From assembly GCA_963707915.1 (NCBI GenBank), contig OY970178.1:554098-618097 (forward strand): a stretch of DNA of 64,000 nt, given 5' to 3'. Both the position numbers and the translations under genes were made by a program. This document shows positions 49,232-59,537 of this stretch, piece after piece. The notes beneath the pieces were generated by a model, which saw only the letters and a program-made list of their open reading frames with translations, was not told the origin of the DNA and searched no databases. Position 1 is the first letter of the stretch. Every line of letters begins with the position of its first letter. Source of the stretch: Candidatus Eiseniibacteriota bacterium (GTDB lineage: Bacteria; Eisenbacteria; RBG-16-71-46).

Positions 49232-50278
49232 ATGGAGCGCCTGCGAAGCGAACGAGATCCGGATGCGCCCGCCGCGAAGGCGGACCGCGCGGCGACGCCC
49301 GCCATGCTGGGGGACTCGCCGGCGTGGGCGGCGGTGCGGGAGATGCTGCCGCGGGTCGCGCGCAGCGGGCTCCCGGTGGTGGTGCTGGGGGAGACCGGGA
49401 CCGGCAAGGAGCTGGTGGCGAGGGCGATCCATGCGCTCTCGGCCCGTGCCGCCCAGGGGTTCGTGGCGCAGAACTGCGGCGCCACGCCCGACACGCTGAT
49501 CGAGAGCGAGTTCTTCGGCCACACGCGCGGGGCCTTCACCGGGGCGGTGGCCGACCGGGCGGGGCTCTTCGAGTCGGCCGCCGGGGGCACGCTGTTCCTG
49601 GACGAGATCGGGGACGCCAGCGCCCTGCTCCAGATGAAGCTCCTGCGCGTGCTCCAGGAGGGCGAGGCCCGGCGCGTGGGGGACACCCGCCTGCGCCGGG
49701 TGGACGTGCGGGTGGTCTCGGCCACGCACCGCTCCCTCGAGGAGGCCGTCGCGGGCGGGAGGTTCCGGGCGGACCTCTTCTTCCGGTTGAACGCGGTCCG
49801 CGTGAGCCTGCCCCCGCTGCGGGAGCGCGGCGACGACGTCCTCGTGCTGGCGCGGCACTTCCTGGCGGGAGCCGCGGCGCAGCTGGGACAGGAGCCGCCC
49901 GTGCCGGACCCGGCGCTGGTCGACCACCTGCGCTCGTACGCCTGGCCGGGCAACGTGCGGGAGCTGGCGAACGCCTGTGCCTACGCGGTGCACGTGGGCG
50001 GAGCGCGGGAGCAGGCGGACCTGTCGCACTGGCCGGAGACGCCGTCGATGCCGGGGCCCGGCGCGCGACCGGTGACGGCGGGACTTCACGCCGAGACCCG
50101 CGCGCTCGAGGAACGCCGGCTGCGCGAGGCCCTGCAGCGGACCTGCGGGAACAAGTCGCAGGCGGCCCGTGCCCTGGGGCTCTCGCGCCAGGGGCTGCTG
50201 AAGAAGCTGCGGCGCTACGGGTTCACCAGCGCGGAGTCCGCGGCGCTCGCTCTTGACGGTGCGGGGGGCGCTCCCTAG
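49232..50278 (+). CDS. sigma54-dependent activator (AAA+ plus Fis HTH) with no N-terminal regulatory domain
   Basis: GETGTGKE, ESEFFGH..GAFTGA, FLDEIG, FR.DL.FRL, WPGNVREL, GNKSQAARALGLSR; GGGAGG directly precedes ATG 49232. Confidence 0.9.
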   Translation: MERLRSERDPDAPAAKADRAATPAMLGDSPAWAAVREMLPRVARSGLPVVVLGETGTGKELVARAIHALSARAAQGFVAQNCGATPDTLIESEFFGHTRGAFTGAVADRAGLFESAAGGTLFLDEIGDASALLQMKLLRVLQEGEARRVGDTRLRRVDVRVVSATHRSLEEAVAGGRFRADLFFRLNAVRVSLPPLRERGDDVLVLARHFLAGAAAQLGQEPPVPDPALVDHLRSYAWPGNVRELANACAYAVHVGGAREQADLSHWPETPSMPGPGARPVTAGLHAETRALEERRLREALQRTCGNKSQAARALGLSRQGLLKKLRRYGFTSAESAALALDGAGGAP

Positions 50279-50281
50279 AGT
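50253..50281 (+). promoter_or_regulatory. sigma70-type promoter for the oxidoreductase-lnt-asd operon
   Basis: TTGACG-17 nt-TAGAGT overlapping the 3' end of the activator gene. Confidence 0.55.
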
Positions 50282-50379
50282 GCCCGTTTCGGGAGGACCG
50301 ACTCGCGGGCCGCCGGCGCGCCCACCCATCGTGGGGCCGCGGGCTCGGCGGGTTCGAACCTGCAAGAGGGAGGGAATTC

Positions 50380-51393
50380 GTGGCCCGCAAGACGCTTCGT
50401 ATCGGGCTGGTCGGCGTCGGCGCCGCGGCCCAGATCAACCACATCCCGGCGCTGAAGAGGGTCGAGGATTTCGAGCTGGTGGCGCTCTGCGATCGCGACG
50501 CCGAGAAGGGCGCGCGCGTGGCGCAGAAGTTCCAGGTCCCGCGATCGTACGCCCGCATCGAGGAGCTGCTCAGCGACGAGGACGTGGACGTCGTGGACCT
50601 GTGCACGCCCAACTACCTGCACGCGCCCATGGCGGTCGCGGCGCTGGAGGCCGGCAAGCACGTGTTCTGCGAGCGGCCGCTGTCGCGCAGCGCGGACGAG
50701 GCCGCGGCCATGGTGAAGGCGGCGAAGAAGCACGAGCGCGTCGTCATGTGCTCGGTGCAGCACCGCTTCCGCCCGGACGCCCAGTTGCTGCGCAAGTTCA
50801 TCGAGAAGGGCGACCTCGGGGAGATCTTCTTCGTCAAGGCGGGGTGGCTGCGCCAGCGCACGCACTGGGACTCCGACGAGTGGCGCCGGCAGAAGCGGGA
50901 GTCGGGCGGCGGCGTGATCCTCGACCTCGGCTTCCAGATGCTCGACCAGGCGCTCTGGATCCTGGGCTGCCCGAAGGTGGAATCGGTGACCGCGAGCCTG
51001 CACCGGGCCCGCAAGGGCGAGGTCGAGGACAACGCGATCGCGTTCTTCCGCCTGGCCTCCGGGGCGACCCTCACGCTCGAGGTCACCTGGGGCCTGCTGA
51101 TGGAGAAGGACTTCGCTTACGTGAACCTGTTCGGCTCGGGCGGCGCGGCGCTGCTCAACCCGCTGCGGATCCACAAGGGCATGCACGGCACGCTGGTGAA
51201 CGTGACCCCGCAGGTCGACACCTCGCGTTTCCAGTACAAGGCCTCGATGGAGGCGCAGTTCGCCCATTTCGCCGACGCGCTGCGCAAGGGCGGCCGGCCG
51301 ATGGGCGCGGCGGAGGAGATCCTGCCCGTCATGGAGATGCTGGACGCGGTCTACCGGTCGGCCGAGCAGGGCAAGGAGGTCCGACTCGTCTAG
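50380..51393 (+). CDS. Gfo/Idh/MocA-family oxidoreductase
   Basis: RIGLVG.G, CTPN.LH, ALEAGKHVFCERP, GGG...DLG...LD. Confidence 0.9.
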   Translation: MARKTLRIGLVGVGAAAQINHIPALKRVEDFELVALCDRDAEKGARVAQKFQVPRSYARIEELLSDEDVDVVDLCTPNYLHAPMAVAALEAGKHVFCERPLSRSADEAAAMVKAAKKHERVVMCSVQHRFRPDAQLLRKFIEKGDLGEIFFVKAGWLRQRTHWDSDEWRRQKRESGGGVILDLGFQMLDQALWILGCPKVESVTASLHRARKGEVEDNAIAFFRLASGATLTLEVTWGLLMEKDFAYVNLFGSGGAALLNPLRIHKGMHGTLVNVTPQVDTSRFQYKASMEAQFAHFADALRKGGRPMGAAEEILPVMEMLDAVYRSAEQGKEVRLV

Positions 51394-51466
51394 GTCCGGG
51401 GGATCTCGGGAGCGCGCGCTGGCGATCGTCTCGGGCATCCTGCTCGGGGCCGCCTTTCTGCCACGC

Positions 51467-52960
51467 GTGCCGGGCTTCGTCGCGTGGGGGGCGCTGGTCC
51501 CCCTGCTCGTCGCGCTGGAGCTCCGCGCGCGACGCTCGGCCCCGGCCGGGGCGTTGTTCCGGCTGGGCTGGCTCTTCGGGTTCGTCTTCTTCCTGATCGG
51601 GATGCACTGGATCGGGCTGCTCTCGGACGTGGCGATCACGGTGCCGTGGCTGAAGTACCCGGCGTGGATCCTGGCGGCCGCGTACCTCGCGGTCTACGGG
51701 GGGCTCGTGACGCTGGTCGCCGGCGTGCTCGCCCGACCGGCGGGCCCTCGTTGGCGGGGCACGGCCCGGGTGCCGCTGGCGCTCGCCTTCCCGGTCGTCT
51801 TCCTGTGCGTGGAGGAGCTGCGCGCGTCGGGTGAGATGGGCTTCCCGTGGTTCCAGCCGGGCTACACGCAGCACGCCTACGTGCCGCTGCTGCAACTCGC
51901 GAGCCTGGGAAGTGTGAGCCTCGTGACCCTCTGGGTGCTGGCGCTGAACGTGTTCCTGTGGCGCTCGCTCGCGGGACGCGCGCGGCTGCGCTCGGCGCTC
52001 GGCGCTCTCCTGCTGGTGCTCGTCCCGTGGTTCTGGGGGCAGCGCGTGCTGCAGGCCACCGCGGCGCCCGCCGCGGGCCCGGCCGCGGACCGGGTGGTGG
52101 CGCTGGTGCAGGGGAACGTGGCGGGGGAGATCAAGTGGTCGGGGAGGCACCAGCCCGAGATCCTGGCGACCTTCCTCCGGCTTTCGGGCGAAGCGGCGGG
52201 GCGCGTGCCGCGGCCGGTCCTGGCGATCTGGCCGGAGACCGCGACCGGGAGCTACCTGCGCAAGCAGCTCGACCAGGCGCTGGCGGTGGCCGGGTTCGCG
52301 GCGCGCACCGGCGTGCCGGTCTTCTCGGGCTACGCCGACTACGAGTGGGACCGGGACGGGCGGCAGCGCTCCTACAACGCGGCCGGCCTGTTCGCGACCG
52401 ACGGGTCGCTCGGAACGGCCTACGCGAAGCGGCACCTCGTGCCGTTCGGCGAGCGCATGCCGTTCCAGCGCCTGCTCCCGTGGCTCGGCCGCCTCGAGTT
52501 CGGACAGGCGGAGTGGACCCCGGGCGAGCGGACGGTGCTGTTCCCGTCCCCGCCCGGCCCGTTCAGCTGCCTGGTGTGCTTCGAGGCGATCTTCCCGGAC
52601 CTGGCGCGTTCCGACGTCCGCGCGGGGGCGCGCTGGCTGGTCAACATCACGAACGACGAGTGGTTCGGGAACAGCGCGGCGCTCTACCAGCACGCGGCGA
52701 TGTCGGTGTTCCGCGCGGTGGAGAACCGGGTCCCGCTGGCGCGTTGCGCGAACACCGGCCTGACGCTGGTGGCGGACGCCAACGGCCGGGTGGTCGCGAC
52801 GCTGCCGGTGTTCGCGCCCGGGGTGCTGGTGACGGAGCTCCCGCGCGCCGGCACGGTCGGGTTCCCGACCCCGTACACGCGCTTCGGCGACTGGCCGGGG
52901 GTGGTGGGCCTGCTGGCGCTCGCCGGGATCGCGGTGCGCGCCCGGGTGCGATCGCGATGA
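51467..52960 (+). CDS. lnt: Apolipoprotein N-acyltransferase (start probably somewhat upstream)
   Basis: GFPW..GY, VQGN, WPE, YNAA, KRHLVPFGE, VCFEAIFP, NITND.WFG, R.VENR, ANTG. Confidence 0.95.
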   Translation: MPGFVAWGALVPLLVALELRARRSAPAGALFRLGWLFGFVFFLIGMHWIGLLSDVAITVPWLKYPAWILAAAYLAVYGGLVTLVAGVLARPAGPRWRGTARVPLALAFPVVFLCVEELRASGEMGFPWFQPGYTQHAYVPLLQLASLGSVSLVTLWVLALNVFLWRSLAGRARLRSALGALLLVLVPWFWGQRVLQATAAPAAGPAADRVVALVQGNVAGEIKWSGRHQPEILATFLRLSGEAAGRVPRPVLAIWPETATGSYLRKQLDQALAVAGFAARTGVPVFSGYADYEWDRDGRQRSYNAAGLFATDGSLGTAYAKRHLVPFGERMPFQRLLPWLGRLEFGQAEWTPGERTVLFPSPPGPFSCLVCFEAIFPDLARSDVRAGARWLVNITNDEWFGNSAALYQHAAMSVFRAVENRVPLARCANTGLTLVADANGRVVATLPVFAPGVLVTELPRAGTVGFPTPYTRFGDWPGVVGLLALAGIAVRARVRSR

Positions 52961-53991
52961 GCCTGCGCCTCGGCATCCTGGGGGCGACGGGGCTGGTGGG
53001 CCGCACCATGCTCGCCCTGCTGGAGGAGCGCAGCTTCCCGGCGGACGAGCCGCGCCTGCTGGCCAGCGGTCGCTCCGACGAGCGCACCCTGGACTTCCGC
53101 GGGCGGGCGAGGCCGGTCGTGCCGGTCTCCGCGGAGGCCCTCGCCGGGCTGGACGTCGTGCTCTCGGCGGTGTCGAACCCGCTGGCCCTGGAATGGGTGC
53201 CGGTGGCGCGGGCGGCGGGCGCGGTGGTCGTGGACAACAGCAGCGCCTACCGCTACGACGCGGACGTGCCGCTGGTGGTCCCGGAGGTGAACGGCGACCT
53301 GCTGGCGGAGCGCCCCGGGCTGGTGGCGAACCCCAACTGTTCCACCATCGGGATCGTGATGGCCCTGGCGCCGCTGGCGCGCGTGGCGCGGCTGCTCCAG
53401 GTGGTGGTCTCGACCTACCAGTCGGTCTCGGGCGCCGGATCGGAGGCGATCGCGGAGCTCGAGCGCGGCGTGCGGGCCGGGCTCGACGGCGATCCACCCG
53501 CGCGCGGTGACGGGGCGCCGCCGTTCGCCTTCAACTGCATCCCGCGGATCGACCGCTTCGAGGCGAACGGGTACACGCGCGAGGAGATGAAGGTGGTGTG
53601 GGAGACGCGCAAGATCCTCGGGTTGCCGACGCTGCCCGTGGTCTGCACGGCGGTGCGGGTGCCGGTGAGGGTCGGCCACGGCGCGGCGGTGCACGCCGTG
53701 TTCGACCGTCCGATCGCGCCGGCGGAGGCGCGGTCGAGGTGGGCGTTGTTCCCGGGGCTGGAAGTGGCGGACGATCCGGCGCGCGATCTCTATCCGACGC
53801 CGCTGGCCGCGGCCGGCCGCGACGCGGTGCTGGTGGGACGGGCCCGGGCGGACCTCGACGACGCGCGCGGGCTCGAGTTCTTCACCTGCTCGGACAACCT
53901 GCGCAAGGGGGCGGCGCTCAACGCCGTGCAGATCGCCGAACGCTGGTTCGGGGTCGCTCCGCGGGGGCCGGGCGAGGTCCGGCGCCCATGA
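52957..53991 (+). CDS. asd: Aspartate-semialdehyde dehydrogenase
   Basis: GATGLVG, DNSSA.R, PLVVPEVN, ANPNCST, TYQSVSGAG, EEMK...ETRKIL, DNLRKGAALNAVQIAE. Confidence 0.96.
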   Translation: MSLRLGILGATGLVGRTMLALLEERSFPADEPRLLASGRSDERTLDFRGRARPVVPVSAEALAGLDVVLSAVSNPLALEWVPVARAAGAVVVDNSSAYRYDADVPLVVPEVNGDLLAERPGLVANPNCSTIGIVMALAPLARVARLLQVVVSTYQSVSGAGSEAIAELERGVRAGLDGDPPARGDGAPPFAFNCIPRIDRFEANGYTREEMKVVWETRKILGLPTLPVVCTAVRVPVRVGHGAAVHAVFDRPIAPAEARSRWALFPGLEVADDPARDLYPTPLAAAGRDAVLVGRARADLDDARGLEFFTCSDNLRKGAALNAVQIAERWFGVAPRGPGEVRRP

Positions 53992-54710
53992 CGCCGGGGG
54001 AGCGGATGGCGCCGCTGTTGCTGGGCGCCCTGGCCGGATCGCTGGTGGCGGGGCGGCTGGCGACGGCCATCGGCTGCCTGGCGCTGGCGGCGACCTGCGG
54101 CGCGCTCGCGGGGGCGCGCTGGCCGCGGCCGGCGGCGTTGCGGCTGGTGGGCATCGGCATGGCGGTGGCCGTGGTGCTGAACACGCTGCTGGTGAGCGGC
54201 CGGCCGCTGGGCGAGGTGCCGCACGCGAGCGTCGCGGGCCTCCGCCTGGGCGCCCTGCTGGCGCTGCGTCTCGCCGGGGCCGCCGCGGCGGTGCACGGGC
54301 TGGCCGCGGCCTGGCCGGGTGAGCGCGCCGCCGACGAGCTGGCGCGCCTGTTGACCCCGCTGGAGCGCGTGCGCGTGCCGGTGCGCGACGCCCGCGCCGT
54401 GCTGGGGCTGGCGGTGCGCTTCGTCCCGCTGCTGGCGGGCGAGGGGGCGCGCATCGCCCGCGTCCAGGCGCTGCGGGCGGGCGGGCCTCCGCGGGGCTGG
54501 CGTGAGCGCTTCACGCGCCGGCGCGCGGTCGTCGTCCCGGTGATGGTGAACGCCCTCGAGCGCGCGGAGCGCGTGAGCCTCGCGCTCGAGGCCCGGCACC
54601 ACCGCCTGCGGCGGGTGCCGCCGGCCGCGGCGCCCGGCCCGGTCGGGAACTGGGCGTGGGCGCTCGCGGGGCTCGCGGTGGCGGTGACCAGCCTGGTGTT
54701 GCGGGGCTGA
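53988..54710 (+). CDS. ecfT: Energy-coupling factor transporter T component-like membrane protein
   Basis: Multi-TM; LA.RFVPLL..E..RI..VQALR.G and LALEAR coupling motifs; upstream of truA. Confidence 0.75.
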   Translation: MTPGERMAPLLLGALAGSLVAGRLATAIGCLALAATCGALAGARWPRPAALRLVGIGMAVAVVLNTLLVSGRPLGEVPHASVAGLRLGALLALRLAGAAAAVHGLAAAWPGERAADELARLLTPLERVRVPVRDARAVLGLAVRFVPLLAGEGARIARVQALRAGGPPRGWRERFTRRRAVVVPVMVNALERAERVSLALEARHHRLRRVPPAAAPGPVGNWAWALAGLAVAVTSLVLRG

Positions 54711-55453
54711 ATGGAGAACTATCGGCTGCAGGTCGCCTACGACGGCACGGACTTCCATGGCTGGCAGCGGCAGCCGGAGTGCCGCACGGTGCAGGGTGTG
54801 CTCGAGGCAGAACTGGCGGCGCTGCTGGGGGCGGACGAGGTCGTGCTGCGGGGCGCGGGGCGGACGGACGCGGGCGTTCACGCCCGCGGGCAGGTGGCGT
54901 CGTTCCGCGCGCGGACGCCGATCCCGGGCGCCGCGCTGAAGCACGCGCTCGGCCCCCGGCTGCCGCGGGACGTGCGCGTGCTGTCCTCGGCGGCGGTGCC
55001 GGACGATTTCGACGCGCGCCGCTCCGCCGTGGCGCGGCGGTATTCGTACCGCCTGCTGGGCGCGGAGGACCCGCTGGAGGAGCGGTTCGCCTGGCGACCC
55101 CGGCGCTGGCCGGAGATCGCGGCGCTGGAAGCGGCCACGCGCGCCCTGGAGGGCCGGCAGGATTTCTCGTCGTTCCGGTCGACGGGGAGCTCGGAGACGA
55201 ACCCGGTGTGCGACGTCGCGCGCGCGCGCTGGGTGCGCTGGGAGAAGGGACTCCGGTTCGAGATCGTGGCGGACCACTTCCTCTACCGCATGGTGCGCAG
55301 CATCGTGGGCACGGCGCTGGAGGCTTGTGGCGGCACCGATCCGGCGGGCCGGATGCTCGCGGTGATCGAGGCGCTGGACCGTTCGGCGGCGGGGCCGACC
55401 GCGCCGGCGCATGGACTCTGCCTGGAAGAGGTCACGTATCCGGAGGTGACGTC

Positions 55454-55457
<4 letters not shown>
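54711..55457 (+). CDS. truA: tRNA pseudouridine(38-40) synthase
   Basis: YDGTDFHGWQ.Q, GAGRTDAGVHA.GQ, FLYRMVR.IVG, TAPAHGL.L..V.Y. Confidence 0.97.
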
Positions 55458-56617
<1,160 letters not shown>

Positions 56618-56676
56618 GCGCGGTTCCGTACGCCCGCTGACGCCGGCATCCGGGGCCCCGCCGGCGCCGGCCTGCC

Positions 56677-56705
56677 TTGACGCCCCGGCGGCGGCTCCCT
56701 AGAGT
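56677..56705 (+). promoter_or_regulatory. sigma70-type promoter for lysS-lol-mcs-clpC
   Basis: TTGACG-17 nt-TAGAGT. Confidence 0.55.
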
Positions 56706-56758
56706 CGCCCGGCTTCCCCGTACCCCCGAGTGGCCCGGATCGGCCCAGGAGAGTCCCC

Positions 56759-58294
56759 GTGTCCCTGCGCGAACTGATGCGCCAGCGCGAAGAGAAGCTC
56801 GCCCAGTGGCGGGCGCTGGGGGTGGAGCCGTACGCCTACCGCTACGAGCCCACGCATCATGCGGCGGAGGTCCTGGCCTGGGGCGAGGCGGTCACCCAGG
56901 AGCCCGGCCGGCGGGTGTGCGTGGCCGGGCGGATCGTCGCCCTGCGCGGTCACGGCAAGGCCGGTTTCGCGCACCTGCTCGACGGCAGCGGGCGGCTGCA
57001 GCTCTACTTCCGGGCGGACGCGCTGGGGGAGGGCTTCCGGCGCTACGAGCTGCTGGACGTCGGCGACTGGGTCGGCGTGGAGGGGGCGGTGTTCCGCACC
57101 CGGACCGGCGAGATCACCGTGAAGGTCGAGGCGGTGGAGTTGCTGGCCAAGTCCATCCGGCCGCTGCCCGAGAAGTGGCACGGGCTCCGGGACCCGGAGA
57201 CCCGCTTCCGGCAGCGTTACGCCGACCTCTTCACCAACCTGGAGGTGCGCGAGGTGTTCCGCCGCCGCGCGCGCCTGGTCTCGGCGATCCGCGGCTTCCT
57301 CGACGGCCGGGAGTACCTCGAGGTCGAGACGCCGGTGCTGCAGCCGCTCTACGGCGGCGCCTTCGCGCGCCCCTTCGTGACCGAGCACCACGCGCTGGGG
57401 ATGCAGCTGTACCTGCGCATCTCCGACGAGCTGTACCTAAAGCGGCTGATCGTGGGCGGGCTCGAGCGGGTCTACGAGTTCTCGCGGGACTTCCGCAACG
57501 AGGGGATGGACCGCTCGCACAATCCCGAGTTCACGCTGCTGGAGTACTACCAGGCCTTCGCCGACGTGCACGACATGATGACCCTCACCGAGGAGCTCGT
57601 CGGGCACGCGGTGAAGGCCGCGACCGGCGGGCTGGAGGTCGCCTGGCAGGGGCAGAGCCTCGACTTCGCCGCGCCCTGGCCGCGCGTCTCGATGCTGGAC
57701 GAGGTGGGGCGCGTGGTGGGCGAGGACGTCTCCGCGCTGGACCCGGCGCAGCTGGGACGGCTGGCCGCGACGCGCGGCATCGCGACGCGTCCCGGCACCG
57801 GGGCCGGCGGGCTGCTGGACGCGCTCTTCAGCGAGCTGGTCCAGCCGGGCCTGGTGCGCCCGTGCTTCGTCGTGGACTTCCCGGTCGAGACTTCGCCGCT
57901 GGCGCGGGTGAGCCGGGTCCGCCCGGGCGTGGTCGAGCGCTTCGAGGTCTACGTGGGCGGCATGGAGCTGGCGAACGCGTTCTCCGAGCAGAACGACCCG
58001 GCCGCCCAGCGGGCGGCCTTCGAGGCGCAGATGAGCCGGCGCGCGGCGGGGGACGACGAGGCGCAGGTCATGGACCACGACTACGTCCGGGCGCTCGAGT
58101 ACGGCATGCCCCCCACCGGCGGCGTGGGGATCGGCGTGGACCGCCTCGCGATGCTGGTCACCGACTCGCGCACCATCCGCGACGTCATCCTCTTCCCGCA
58201 ACTGGGGCCCGAAGAGGGGCTGGGCCAGGCCGGCGACGAGGACGAGGAGCCCGCTTCGCACGAGGGTGCCCCGGGAACGGCCGGGCCGAAGTGA
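56759..58294 (+). CDS. lysS: Lysyl-tRNA synthetase (class II)
   Basis: PLPEKWHGL.D.E.R.RQRY.DL, EVETPVLQ..YGGA.ARPF, FRNEG.D..HNPEFT, YGMPPTGG.GIG.DRL. Confidence 0.98.
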   Translation: MSLRELMRQREEKLAQWRALGVEPYAYRYEPTHHAAEVLAWGEAVTQEPGRRVCVAGRIVALRGHGKAGFAHLLDGSGRLQLYFRADALGEGFRRYELLDVGDWVGVEGAVFRTRTGEITVKVEAVELLAKSIRPLPEKWHGLRDPETRFRQRYADLFTNLEVREVFRRRARLVSAIRGFLDGREYLEVETPVLQPLYGGAFARPFVTEHHALGMQLYLRISDELYLKRLIVGGLERVYEFSRDFRNEGMDRSHNPEFTLLEYYQAFADVHDMMTLTEELVGHAVKAATGGLEVAWQGQSLDFAAPWPRVSMLDEVGRVVGEDVSALDPAQLGRLAATRGIATRPGTGAGGLLDALFSELVQPGLVRPCFVVDFPVETSPLARVSRVRPGVVERFEVYVGGMELANAFSEQNDPAAQRAAFEAQMSRRAAGDDEAQVMDHDYVRALEYGMPPTGGVGIGVDRLAMLVTDSRTIRDVILFPQLGPEEGLGQAGDEDEEPASHEGAPGTAGPK

Positions 58295-59529
58295 GGCTTC
58301 CGCTGTGGATCGCCGTGCGCTACCTGCGCACGCGGCGGCAGAGCGGGTTCATCACCCTGCTGACCGGCATCTCGGTGGGCGGCGTGGCCGTCGGCGTGAC
58401 CGCGTTGCTCACGGTGCTCGCGGTGATGAACGGCTTCGAGAACGAGGTCCAGACGCGCATCGCCGGCACCGACGCGCACATCGTGCTGCTGGGGGAGACG
58501 GCCGCGGGAGTCACGGGGGCCGGCCCGCTCGCGGCCGAGGTGGCCCGGCAGCCCGGCGTGGAGGGCGTCGCGCCGTTCACCTACGCCAAGGCGATGGTCT
58601 TCCACGAGGGCTTCACCGAGGGGCTCATCGTGAAGGGCGTGGACCTGGCGGCGGAGCGCGGGGTGACCAGCGTGGGACGCAACATCCGGCCGGCCCTCGA
58701 TTCGATCCCGGTCCTCACCGCGGGCGGCTTCCCGGGCATCGTGCTGGGCAACGAGCTGGCGGGCCGTCTCGCCGCGCGGGTCGGCGACCGCGTGGTGCTG
58801 GCGATGCTGAGCGGGGGCGGCGCTTCGCCGCTCGGGTTCACGCCGCGGCTCAAGGAGTTCCGCGTGGTCGGAGTGTTCACCTCGGGGCTGTACACCTACG
58901 ACTCGAGCCTGGGGTTCACGTCCATCCCGGCCTCGCAGGCGTTCTTCCAGATGGGGGACGCCGTGACCGGAATCGAGGTGCGGATCACCGACATGTTCGA
59001 GGCGCCCCGCGTGGCCGGCGAGCTGCTGCTGGCGGTGCGGCGGCCGGGGCTGCGTGCCAACAACTGGATCGAGCTCAACCGGAACCTGTTCACCTGGATG
59101 AAGCTCGAGAAGACCGTGATGTTCCTGATCCTCGCCCTGGTCGTGCTGGTGGCGGCCTTCAACATCGTCAGCACGCTCTTCATGGTGGTCATGGAGAAGC
59201 GCCGCGACATCGGCGTGCTGCGCTCGCTCGGCGCCGGACGCGGCGTCGTGCTGCAGGTGTTCCTGGCCGAGGGGCTCCTGATCGGCGGCCTGGGGACGGG
59301 CCTGGGCGTGCTGCTGGGCTCGACGCTCATCGCCGTGCTCAAGCGCTACCCGTTCGTGCGGCTCCCCGGGGACGTCTACTTCATCGAGCGCCTCCCGGTG
59401 CGCCCGGAGGCCGGGGACTTCCTCTTCGTGATCCTGTCTGCGGTCGTGCTGTGCCTGGCCGCTGCGCTCTATCCGGCCTGGCGCGCCTCGCTGCTGGACC
59501 CGGTCGAAGCCATCCGCAAGCAGGCTTGA
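58291..59529 (+). CDS. lolE: Lipoprotein-releasing ABC permease LolC/E
   Basis: IA.RYL, GVAVGV..L..VL.VMNGFE, VAAFNIVSTL.M.V.EK..DI..L.SLGA, YPA.RA...DP. Confidence 0.9.
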   Translation: MRLPLWIAVRYLRTRRQSGFITLLTGISVGGVAVGVTALLTVLAVMNGFENEVQTRIAGTDAHIVLLGETAAGVTGAGPLAAEVARQPGVEGVAPFTYAKAMVFHEGFTEGLIVKGVDLAAERGVTSVGRNIRPALDSIPVLTAGGFPGIVLGNELAGRLAARVGDRVVLAMLSGGGASPLGFTPRLKEFRVVGVFTSGLYTYDSSLGFTSIPASQAFFQMGDAVTGIEVRITDMFEAPRVAGELLLAVRRPGLRANNWIELNRNLFTWMKLEKTVMFLILALVVLVAAFNIVSTLFMVVMEKRRDIGVLRSLGAGRGVVLQVFLAEGLLIGGLGTGLGVLLGSTLIAVLKRYPFVRLPGDVYFIERLPVRPEAGDFLFVILSAVVLCLAAALYPAWRASLLDPVEAIRKQA

Positions 59530-59537
59530 GGGACGAC

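Noticed and set aside
50348-50363. GCGGGTTCGAACCTGC, resembling a tRNA T-arm
   Set aside because: No acceptor stem, D-arm or anticodon arm can be built, and the stem register does not fit; probably a leader hairpin.
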